A model generated the notes under the pieces. That model was not told the DNA's origin and searched no databases. It was given only the letters and a program-made list of their open reading frames with translations. A stretch of DNA of 63,999 nucleotides, the filler included, from Sphacelaria rigidula (lineage: Eukaryota): the NCBI GenBank assembly GCA_964200075.2. It is 3 parts of 3 records of this genome, joined end to end, with 100 filler letters (N's around TTAATTAATTAA, not from the genome) between each part and the next. Parts side by side here need not be neighbours in the genome. Positions count along the whole stretch, not along the records: positions 21,419 to 42,727 come from CAXNAA020000438.1; positions 42,828 to 63,999 come from CAXNAA020000458.1; 1 more part is not named here. One strand, written 5' to 3'. Below, piece after piece: positions 38,720 through 49,142 of this stretch (positions are counted from its first letter, which is position 1; every line of letters begins with the position of its first letter). The position numbers and the translations under genes were made by a program.

Positions 38720-41267
38720 AAAAGCGCGAAGGAGCGAGGCATTATCAAGAGAGACAGTCAGGATCGAGGGGTGGACAGCGACTTGAGTTCCGGCAAAGAC
38801 GACCGCGGCGATGATCACGTCAGTTCTTTGAGCTCGTGTCGCTCGAGAGACGAACGGAATAACTCGGCAGTGGAAGATACGGATAGGTATACTGATGTGT
38901 CGACGGCTAGTGTCCGTGTGTCGTCGGAAGATAGGTTCCTGCTATGTTCGGAGTGCTCGGGGAGCGCCGAAGAGTCGACAGGAAGCGCCGGTGAATTTGA
39001 CCACGCGTACCAGGCAAGTGACGATACGCCTGACCACCAGCTTACGCCTACGAGCGAGATAGACTGCAAGGTGGATGGCGACACAATGGCTGACGCCGTG
39101 ACGGCATATTCGGAGCGTGGAGTGGAGGAGTACAAACATGCGGAGGGGGCGCCCCCGGTAGCGGTAGGAGGAGGAGGAGGTACAAGGACTTACCAGATCG
39201 ATGGCCGCGGGTACGGACAGCATGATCCCGGCAAGCAGGAGGAAGACCCTCCGCTGGACTCGCACTGCGCAGGCACGATGGAGCGTCTTTTGGCTAGAGG
39301 GGGTGTCTTCGACGATGACAGACTGCCACATCTGTACACCGTTGCCCAGGCCATACGAAGCGAGCTGAAGGAAGCTGAGACGAACCGCAGCCCCGCGCAC
39401 GATGCTGCAGATGTATCTGTAAACTCCTTCCCCGGGGATGACGGGGCGCGTCTCACGTGCTCTGATCAGAAAAGATCTTCGGCGAACTTGCATCGCGGCG
39501 ACGAGCGAGGGGATCACGGAGAGCAGGATGCACTCGGTACCCGCAGTGATCGCGGGCAATGCGACGATCACGACCACTGTGATGATGACGACCTTAGCAG
39601 TGACGGGGTTGGCATGATGTACATTAGCGACAACTCATCATCGGAAAGCACCCCATCGCATCCCCCACCGCGCCCTCGCAGAGTCATCTCTGAGCCAGTG
39701 CGTACTGCAAGCCCTACAGCCTGTCCCGTTAGTGCCTCCACCACGGATCGAGCTCGAGACACGGTGAGTTATCCTGTACCAGATAATGATCACACCATGC
39801 CCAGCGGCCAGTCAGCACTAGCCTGTCCTACCTCGCGCACTCCCTCGCTGACGGAACCACTAGTGCTACCCCGGATTGATGTCCCGGGGGTAGGCGTGAG
39901 GGTGAGCGACGCTAGCACGAGACGCGGAGAGGGTGCTAGTGGAGGGGCCGGGTGGGGGGTATTCTGCGCAAATCCTGTGAAGCGAGGAGAAGCAGTCTTC
40001 GAGGAGGAAGCGTTATTGATAGTGTCTCGCTACAATGTGGAGATTGCTGAGTGGGAGGTTGTGCTCGACGCCGCAGAGAAGGTGTGTGTGTGCTTGTGTG
40101 TGCGTGTGTGTGCGTGTGTGCGTGTGCTGGATGTTCTGTTGGTGTATGCAGCGTGTGTGTCAGCTTAGGCGATGCAGTAGGTGCAGATATTTTGCTCGAC
40201 GGCGTGTGCTGGTGTCTCAGGGCTTGTCGTGGCTGCGCTCGGCCTGTGTTGGCGTGTCAGATGTCAATTAGAGTGGAAATGATTATGTTGTACTTCGTTG
40301 TTGCCTGCGGAGAAACCTAGAGCCTCAAAACTGCTGTTCAGGGGTGATTTTTCGTGTCCTGCATGGTCCTCCGAGTATTCATGTGTTTGATTGACCACTG
40401 GTTCCATGTCTTCAAGGTTTGGACACTCTTCTGTCAATGTTTAATGCTGATGTTCATCTGGGCCTGCGTACTCACTTGTAAATGACAGGCGTCAGCGCAG
40501 GCAGGTTTGGGCCACCCGAGACTGGAAGCGATGGAGCTGATGCAGGCGGTAGCGTGGGACCAGGTCAACCCGTCTGTACAAGAGCGTGTTCAGCAGCTGG
40601 TGAGATAGGGATACGTAACACATCAAGGTGTGTAGGGTGGCAGGTATTGAGCTCGCCCTGTTGAGTGCGAGACGCACAGCCACTGTATGATGCTAGCAGT
40701 AGCCTACGCTGTATACTGATCTTCTTGTCTTCGTCGAGTTGACACGAATAACGCCCTTATTCCTGCATGTTCATGTCTTCCTCCATCGGCTGGATTGGCC
40801 GGCAAAACCTCTACTCATCGGATGCATCACTGGACCATACTGGGGTGTCCAGCGTGTGTCGCTCGGTGGAGGATGCATCAATCCCTGTACGTCAACTTTC
40901 CACCATGATGCCGTGTTGGTCATCTCCACCATGATGACCTCCATTTCCTGTGTGGGCTCTGCTTGTTGTTTGTTTTTGACAGTCCGCCCCGGAGGTGTCT
41001 GCAATACCGTCATCTCAGCTCAAAGCTTGGCGCGTGGCCCTCGAGTTCTTGCGACAGAGAGGTTTCCTTGGCGATAGTAGTAGCGCCGGTGAAGGCAGTG
41101 TTGGAAAGGGAGGACGAAATTGTGATATTGACAGCGATAGGACGGAGGAGCAAGTGGCGGAGCTGCTGAGAGTGCTAATGATCTGCGAGGCCAACATTTT
41201 CGGAACGGAGGAGGATGAAGAAGAGGGTGAGGCTGAGAATCCGAGGTCACTATCAGCATTGATACGC
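38720..41267 (+). CDS. SET-domain protein (SMYD-like, split SET), partial
   Basis: Exon ~38720-40081 ends with the SET-N motif GWGVFCANPVKRGEAVFEEEALL. Phase-0 exons 40489-40563 and 40983-41267 give LRVLMICEANIFG...SALIR, the segment that precedes the NHSC motif. The NHSC exon is not seen and may lie in the gap. Confidence 0.65.
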
Positions 41268-42224
41268 GTGAGGTTGTTATTAATAGTTTTTCAATCTTTT
41301 TTCTGTATATAGTTTCATGTCATGACGTGATTTCATGTAGAAAACGTCCTTGTGCTGTCGGTGGTATGGATGTTGTCAAATTGTGGTATGAAAATGTTGC
41401 GGTTGAAATGAACGGGCAGGCGTGAGAGAGCTCGATCCTCCTCGCATGAAACTCCTTGACAGCTTGACAAGTCAACGCAGGAACCACAGGCTGCGCGGCG
41501 AAACAAACCTTGAACGCGGAGTGTAGTGACTGAGGTCGGAACAGATCAAAACAACCCGGAGTCGCCTTACGACACGTGGTATGTCGCGACACACAAAATA
41601 TCGCAGTGTTGGTTAGTCTAGGATGCGGCAGATGCCGGCGTTTTGGCACGGGAGCGTGATGGGAGCATTTCTGCCATTTCATGACAAGGAAGAAGCATTC
41701 TGATAGTGGCATGCTGTGTTTCTTATGTCGTCCTGGGTCCTCTACATAATTATGCGTCCTACTTGGACCTCTCTTGCGGTGTCTACAGGTGTGTAGAAGG
41801 GGTGGATTGCCACAAGCACCCTATGAGGAAAAAAATTATTTTCCCCCACTTTTTGTGGAGGCCAATAAGAAGAAAATTACATAATCTGCCATGCATTGGC
41901 CACGATAGGGCTGTGTTTTGGATGTTGAAAACTATCGTCGTCGTTCAACCAGCAATTTGGGGTTGTCGTATACGAGCCGGCAGCATGGAAACCTCGAATA
42001 TATCATCTGTTCATTTTTGTTTCACCTCGTTTTTTCACCGCTTTCGGATTCCCGATGTCGAACGTTGACGAAGAAAATGTCGAGTATTTTGCATTGTAAC
42101 GGTCCCAATCTTGGCTGAAAAAAAATCAAGATAGACGACAGTCGTGTTCATCATGGAGTCCAACCTCATCGAAAATAACACGGTGGTTTACCTTTGCAAT
42201 TTTTCAAGATTTCCGCGTTTTTCG

Positions 42225-42225
<1 letters not shown>

Positions 42226-42267
<42 letters not shown>
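42226..42267. repeat. (CA)n microsatellite
   Basis: Perfect CA run of ~21 units. Confidence 0.95.
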
Positions 42268-42268
<1 letters not shown>

Positions 42269-42354
42269 AGGAAATGGAGAGTGACAGCGAAGATTAACAA
42301 ATGAGCGATACCTATATGCAACGAAGATAAGAACAATCCGATAGACTTCATATG

Positions 42355-42680
42355 AAAGTGGGGAGAAGAGGACTTGCCGATCGTAGACCAGTATACATAC
42401 CTTGGGGTATAGATCTAAAAAAAATGTTCGTGGGATACACACATGAATGAAGTGTTAGAGAAGGGTAAGGCACAGATAGGCAGGATAGACGTGATCCTTA
42501 GAGACTCGCACCTAGATACTAGGATTAAGAGATACATCCTGATGAACGTGATTGTACCTGAGCTAAAATATGTAGGGGAAGTATGGGAGGGGAACGGGAA
42601 GTTGGCGAAGAAGTTGGAAACAGTACAGCTGGCAGCAGCTTAGAAAGTATTTGGATGCTCGAAAACGACGAGTAATACTT
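42355..42680 (+). pseudogene. Non-LTR retrotransposon (LINE) RT thumb fragment
   Basis: GEEDLPIVDQYTYLGV*...WDTHMNEVLEKGKAQIG...IVPELKYVGEVWEG...LETVQLAAA*KVFGCSKTTSN contains the classic YLG and P.L.Y..E.W motifs with stops/frameshift. Confidence 0.85.
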
Positions 42681-42727
42681 CCTCTGTCCCATAAGTCTGT
42701 ATCGTTATGTTGGTACGAGCCCTTAAC

Positions 42728-42827
42728 NNNNNNNNNNNNNNNNNNNNNNNNNNNNNNNNNNNNNNNNNNNNTTAATTAATTAANNNNNNNNNNNNNNNNN
42801 NNNNNNNNNNNNNNNNNNNNNNNNNNN
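42728..42827. other. Artificial contig-joining spacer
   Basis: 44 N + TTAATTAATTAA + 44 N. Confidence 0.97.
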
Positions 42828-43347
42828 AAGGTACGATTTTCTGTATACCCGGGGTATTTTTTCGGGTATGTACCGTACCCGACAGTTCTGTAATCTCTGT
42901 AAGACTTTCATACCCTTACCCGATAGTCCTGTAAATTCTGTACAATACATTTACCCGAACCCGAAGGGCGGGTATACTTGCAAAGAGTTACCCGATTGCC
43001 GGTACCAGTTCTCTGTAAGCCTCCCGTACCGTACCCGACAAGTTCTGTAAAGTCTGTAAGACTTTCATACCGGTACGCGACAGTTGTGTAGGTTCTGTAC
43101 ATAACATTTACCCGAACCCGAGGTGCGGGTATACCCGAAAAGAGTTACCCGACTGTCGGTGCCGATTCTCTGTAAGCCTGCCGTAGCGTACCCGACAAGT
43201 TCTGCAAAGTCTGTAAGACTTTCATACCGGTACGCGACAGTTCTGTAAACTCTGTGATTTCCAAACCGGTACCCGATATTTCTGTAAACTCTGTACGGAA
43301 TCTCATACCCTACAGAACGTACCCGTACCTTACAGAACACACCCTTG
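42828..43347. mobile_element. Non-autonomous element with internal ~160-bp tandem units
   Basis: Repeated gtacccgacaagttctgtaaagtctgtaagactttcatacc. It ends aacacacccttg, the same terminus as 36229-36926. Confidence 0.7.
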
Positions 43348-43764
43348 AAACTATCCGTCTTCGTCACAACAACCCTGCATTTACATACGCGGATTTTCAG
43401 CAACACGCCACTGTTTCGTGCAGACGCCAGACTCGTCATTCCTGACCAGCCTCATTGGTCGTTCTGGAGGCCCGGTCCCAAAAGGGTTATGGGTAAAAAA
43501 CAATATCCAGGTTTCATCACTAAAACGTCCCCACCTCATGAAAAACAAACCAGGGAGCTATTTTTTTCTTGATTGTCATACCCCATACTGATTCTTCATA
43601 CCAAATTTTAAGGTGGAACTATCAGAGTTGAAGTCAGCATCCAAATATTCAGGTTGATGAACCAGCCTACAAACGGAGCTGTGTGTTGTAGGGCATTTAG
43701 CAGCTCAGTGTTGAAACATATGATCGAAATTTTGTGTAGGGATCCTGAAGAGCGTAGGGCGTCC

Positions 43765-44557
43765 TTACAATTGATATTGGGAGGGGATCCATTTCCCACT
43801 TTTGGAATATTTAACACGGTTTTTCGCCCCCAAAGAGGGAATGTCGTCATCACACGTCTTGGACAAATTGCGTTGCTCCACCAAGAGGAGACGAGCCCAC
43901 TTTTCCGATTCCCTTGGCTGCGAGGTTTCGAGGACGGCCTCCGTACTAATGTGCCACTGGAAAAAATACCTGTAGACGCCGGATTTTTTTTCCGGCCGTA
44001 ATTTTGTCCAGATGCTGTTCTCGAAACCCTGGAGCGAAGCGAATCGGGAAAGTGGACTAGACTCTTCTTGGTAGGGCCTCTTGGTAGGGCGATGCAAAGT
44101 GTCGTGTGATGAAAATATTCCCTGTTTGGTGGCCCAAAACCGTGTCAAATGCCCCAAAAGTGGAAAATTCTCCCCCCCCAAATACCAACTGTAAGAAACG
44201 GTTCAGCAACGAAGGAACAATATGCGGGATACTAAGTTTTTTGTTCCGTGAGTTGACGTTTGAGTGCAGTCAGGACCATTTTTCACGAGTCGAAATCCTG
44301 GAGCCAAGGGAATCGGGAAAGTGGACTAGACTCCTCTTGGTAGGGCCTCTTGGTAGGGCGATGCAAAGTGTCGTGTGATGAAAATATTCCCTGTTTGGTG
44401 GCCCAAAACCGTGTCAAATGCCCCAAAAGTGGAAACTTCCCCCCCCCAAATACCAACTGTAAGTAACGGTTCAGCAACGAAGGAACAATATGCGGGATAC
44501 TAAGTTTTTTGTTCCGTGAGTTGACGTTTGAGTGTAGTCAGGACCATTTTTCACGAG
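43765..44557. repeat. Near-identical 269-bp tandem duplication plus a diverged inverted copy
   Basis: 44028-44296 and 44297-44557 are almost identical. 43765-43935 is the diverged reverse complement of 44020-44195. Confidence 0.85.
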
Positions 44558-44599
44558 AACTTCCTTAACTCACGAAAAAGAAATTCATGGTCCAGGCAG

Positions 44600-45213
44600 C
44601 CTCGTTTTCAGTATGCCCTTGCGATTCTCCACGGTTAATTTCAAAGCACCACTCTCATGACTGAGCTGAGAAACTGAGATAACAGCAGAGAACAAAATTC
44701 AGGTTTAATAAAAACGTCACTAACTCATGAAGAAAGTGTTTTTTAGTAATTATGTCCTACTGATTCTCGGTACCATATTTCAAGGTAAAGCTCTCAAAAT
44801 TGAGATGAGAATCCCAGCTTCCGTCATATTCAGTGCCTCTGCTCGTAATACATTGAGTTGAGTACTAAATATTGTTTGCGCCATATGTCTGGATGGGTTA
44901 CGAATTAGATGAAGAGGAGGGTATCCATCGTTTCTTCGTGCCCCAGTGAAGGGTCACACCGAAAAATATCGTACGCCCTACATATTGTTCGAGGTTTCGT
45001 ATAGATTCAGTATGGAGATATCTCCGTAAGGCAAGGGATTTACTCGACATGACGTTTTATCAACGAGATTTTTTCTTCCCAAGCTCTAGAGCAGATGGCC
45101 ATCTGCCCCTTGATTGGACGATTAACAAGACGTGCGGATCACGGCCAAGTTCGTCTTGACCGATGAGACATGGCTGTGAGAGCTTAAATCCGTTTCTAGG
45201 CTGGCCCGGCTCG
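44600..45213. mobile_element. CGAGCTGGGCC-TIR MITE family, right half
   Basis: gacgattaa...gtgcggatcacggccaagttcgtc...gagagcttaaatccg...ggctggcccggctcg matches 4265-4360 and 17607-17702. Confidence 0.75.
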
Positions 45214-46081
45214 TGCATCTCGAGGAAATTCCTTCAATGCACATCTGCCGGGATTTCCACCCGCAATCTTCGGCCCCAACTGTGTCGATGGTACCATTAT
45301 AATTTAGACCACCAGGTTGCGGCACCCATGTAGTATTGTTTATTGCTGTGTCCTTCATGACTGTAGAATCAAATGGTAGGATGCGGATATTGCCACCACC
45401 CCACATGAAATGAAGTCAAGAAGGGTGCAAACCTTATAGATAGCTCAAGAGAAGTCTCCAATACGCAAGAAAAACGGCACTGCTAGGACCATATGTACAC
45501 GAGACACCATCTACACCTGTGAACTCTGTTATTCGTAGAAGGAATCATATACTCGTCCATTCCAGTGGGGAATAACTCTAAAACGAGTATAGAAAATGCG
45601 ACGAGCCCTGCGCGAACTATACCCTGAAGCACGTCTTCGCATATGAACCAACGCCAATTTTTTCGGGAATGAGGCATGAAACAAACCGTGCAGCCCAAGT
45701 TATGCCCCTAATGGTCAATTTGGAATGGAGGGCCCGGACCAAAACGAAGCAATTGACTTATCCTTGTAAAGGGCGTTGGGCAAGCCAAGCGAGAAATTCC
45801 ATTTCATCCATGGAGATTAAACCCAGAGGACTCGTGTCTGTGTGATGTCCCGAACCTCTGGTTCTGCGGCTATCCGCCCCGAAAGCGCCTGGTCTGTTGC
45901 TGGTACAGTGCATTGCGGTGGCGACCAGCTGGTGTGTATTCACCCCAAGAGCTGTATGTCATTTTCCAAATCCGGAGACCATCAGTTTCTCATCTCGGAG
46001 CAGTCATGTTTGAACGTTTCAGGGGTCAATACCAGGTGCTGCGCTGCCCCAATGGCATACTAAAGCTGGGTGACATAGAGT

Positions 46082-46156
46082 CGCGTGAATGCAAGAATAC
46101 CCGACACTGGTCCATCCTATCCAATAACAGGTGCGGTTGGCAAGATCTACGGTCAT
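46082..46156 (-). pseudogene. Degenerate SWIM zinc finger of a Mutator-like transposase
   Basis: MTVDLANRTCYWIGWTSVGYSCIHA vs consensus VDL..RTCxC..W...G.PCxHA (second Cys TGY>TGG). It is not in the ORF track. Confidence 0.6.
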
Positions 46157-47590
46157 GGATCTTCTCTTACCACTGAATATTTGCTCGCACCAGTCTTGTT
46201 CCTTGAGTGCCGTCTTTTTTTTTTTCGAGCATTAAGGCGCTGGTAGTTGCGCGATTTGGGTATGCAGAGCGAGAAAGGTCCACATTATTGGTACTGGAGA
46301 AGGATTTTATGGCGTAGGCGTGAATGATGGTCAGTTGGAGGCAAACGTTAACGGGGTTTTCTCAACAACACGCAGTACTGGGCAACGATGTTGGGTTCTG
46401 TCGCAGGACTGTCATGTGGTGGGTGTCATGGTCGATCATCATAACCAGCTGCTTTAAGGTGGATGTTCACTCCATCCCAGGGCATGCAAAACTGCGGGAC
46501 CGTAGCCGAACGACTGGAAAAATATTGTACACGACACGTATGACTGAGTACGATGCCTGCACGACCGCGCCTAGTGTGGTCTCCGCCCATATCGGCGATG
46601 TGATTTCATCGTGGCTCATGCACAAACAATTGTGACAAAAGAGAAGCGTGGCAACCGCACCTTTCCGCCCCCAAACCACGCTGTTCCTGTGTTGGCTTTA
46701 CCTCTCCATCGAAATTGCCTCTTGACAGAAGAAGGAGACATGACTCGTCGAAAAGCCCCTCTACTTAAGTTCCAACTAGGCATCCGGGTGCTGTGAAGTT
46801 CAGGTTAACCTGAGCAGTGAGCGGCGAGCCTAGCAGTCCAATTTCATGCTGATGAAAGCTGTTGTTTCCTATATTTGTTGGTCGATATATAGACATATAT
46901 GTGTGAGTGAATATTTATGACGGTTGAAGGAGGAAGTAGCCCGCGGATGAATCTTGTGGTGGCTGACAAGTCCACCGCTCACCCTGAAGTATTGTGTTGC
47001 CTATTTAGTTGTCGTCTTAAATTTGCCCAGTGAGCATTGCCACCCTGACCCTGACCCCAACCGTAATGGCGCTAACACGCCAGAGTGGCGCCCCCGTATC
47101 AGTAGGACAGTACCGCGCGGGAGACACTCCTGGTTGAGTTTATACAGAAATGGAGATGCGACGCAAGCATTTGCGATTGTGCACTGAACGGCACGGCACT
47201 GCACTGTACTCTAATCTGGTCTGTTTTGCTCTGTTTTGCTCTGCTCTGCTCTAGTCTACCTTACTGTCGTGTTCCACGTACTTTTGGTGGCCGTGTGAGC
47301 CTGCGTAGCTGGTAACGTTTTGCGAACCAGTCTGCACTATTTGCCTTTTTCGAAATGGTGATAGTCAGGCGGCATTGTCCACAAACGACCCACTCTGTCT
47401 CTTACTGCCCGCACCTGGCTATCGCTATGGAATGGTCCATTTCTGTGCGTTTACCATTTCTGTTTACTCATCACCCCCAAAGCACGGCGCGATGTATTTT
47501 TTGTTGCCTTGTACATCCCAACACAACCGTTGACCATTTCCAGTTCATACTCACAATTGCAATCTCGTGCTGCTGAATGAACCTCAAAAG

Positions 47591-48743
47591 GGTTTGCGAA
47601 CGGGGGACACGACGAGATCGATAGCGGTAGCGAAACCGACACAGTGGCAAATGATGTCGACGAAGACCGCGACGAGCAACTGGGAAGCCAACACAATAGC
47701 GCCATGGATGCCGACGAAGACCCCGAAAATCTTGAGAATTCCCCGCGGGACACGGCCCCAACGCAGGTCGACAGCCCAGATCACCTTTCCGCTGCCGTCG
47801 CCGAGCAAAATCCGCGCAACGGAGAGTTGCCACTCAACCAGCAGGTTCCATCGTTCTCACTTTCGTCTGGCGCCGGCGGCGCTCATGACGGCAACGATGG
47901 TAGTGGAAGAGGGGGTGATGATGATCTACCGGGCGAAGCTCAGGTTACGGCTCTATCTCGCCTTCGTGCCGCCAGCTTATCGTCTTCTGAGCGTCAGCAT
48001 AAAGTAGCGAGGCGCTCGTCCTCGCCCCGCCCCACCGTCCAAGGCAACAGCGCTTTTCTCGGCAGCAAGGATGACCTCGCATCGTCATCTGCAGCGCTTG
48101 AGACGACCACCGTGACGTCGCATGACCACGGGCCTTCTCCGTCGAAACGTGGCGCCACTTCCTCCCGGGGGGTAGCATGGATCCAGGCCGCTAGGGCAGG
48201 CGGTGACGGTGGCAGTGCTGGAACAGATCGAGACGGGGCTGACGAGGAGAGTCATCACACGCAGAGCACTTCGCCATCGCAGAGCATTCTTGCTCTCGGT
48301 GTGCCGCCAAATCGCCGAACTTCGTCGGGGGTAGCAGTCATGAGCAATGACAGGAGTAATAGTGAGAGGTGGGATGTTCGGGGGTCAGTGCCTAAGCGGC
48401 GAGGAAGTGCCGAGGACCGAATAGGGGAGAAACATCGAGAGGAGCAGACAAAAGGGGGAGAAGGAGAACCCCGCGCTGGGGCGGACAACTTGATGGACAC
48501 GCAGCAGTTACGGAATAATGACGATGTTTCGCAGCTTGAGAACGTTCATCCTCGACAGCTGACGGACAACATGATGGACACTCAGGAGTTACTGGAGAAT
48601 GAGGACGTTTCGCAGCTTGAGAAAATCCATCCTGAGCAGCAGCGAAGACAGGATGAACGTATCGAGCGTATCGTGCGTCAAGCCGTGCCTGGAGGTCGCG
48701 CTGCCAAGCAACGGGCTACAACAAGAATAGAATGGCTCGCAAG
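47591..48743 (+). CDS. 53BP1/Rad9-like BRCT protein, upstream disordered exon
   Basis: Long open frame with SQ/TQ motifs (MDTQ x2, DVSQ x2). Donor AAG|GTACGC is phase 2 and matches phase-2 acceptors at 49142 or 49199. Confidence 0.75.
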
Positions 48744-49142
48744 GTACGCGTGCGTAAATCTATCCAACTCTGTCCTGTTTTCCGGTTTCTGTTGAGTTTG
48801 ATATCCCGCACTAGGCGCACTAGACTTCAATTAGAGCGAGGGTGGCTCCAATGTGTCTGTGCTGGGGGGGGGCGGTATATGCTTGTGCTGTGTTGCGTCA
48901 TGACTGCTACCATGGAGGATATGCCGAAAGATTCGTTGTGGACTATGAGAGCATGATCGCCGCCTTTTCATCTATAAACGTGAACATCAGCAAGTAGGGA
49001 AGAAGTTTTCGAGCGGCTTTTGCTGCTTTTCACTCTTCGCGCTCATGTTTTCAGTGACGAGGACGACGCACGTAGCAATATACGAAACATGCGCGCTCGT
49101 CTGACAGTTTATCTCCAAAATTGTGATCGTGTATCTTGACAG

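Noticed and set aside
42860-43330. CRISPR-like array
   Set aside because: The units are degenerate and the sequence between them is itself repeated (no unique spacers). There are no cas genes and the context is eukaryotic.
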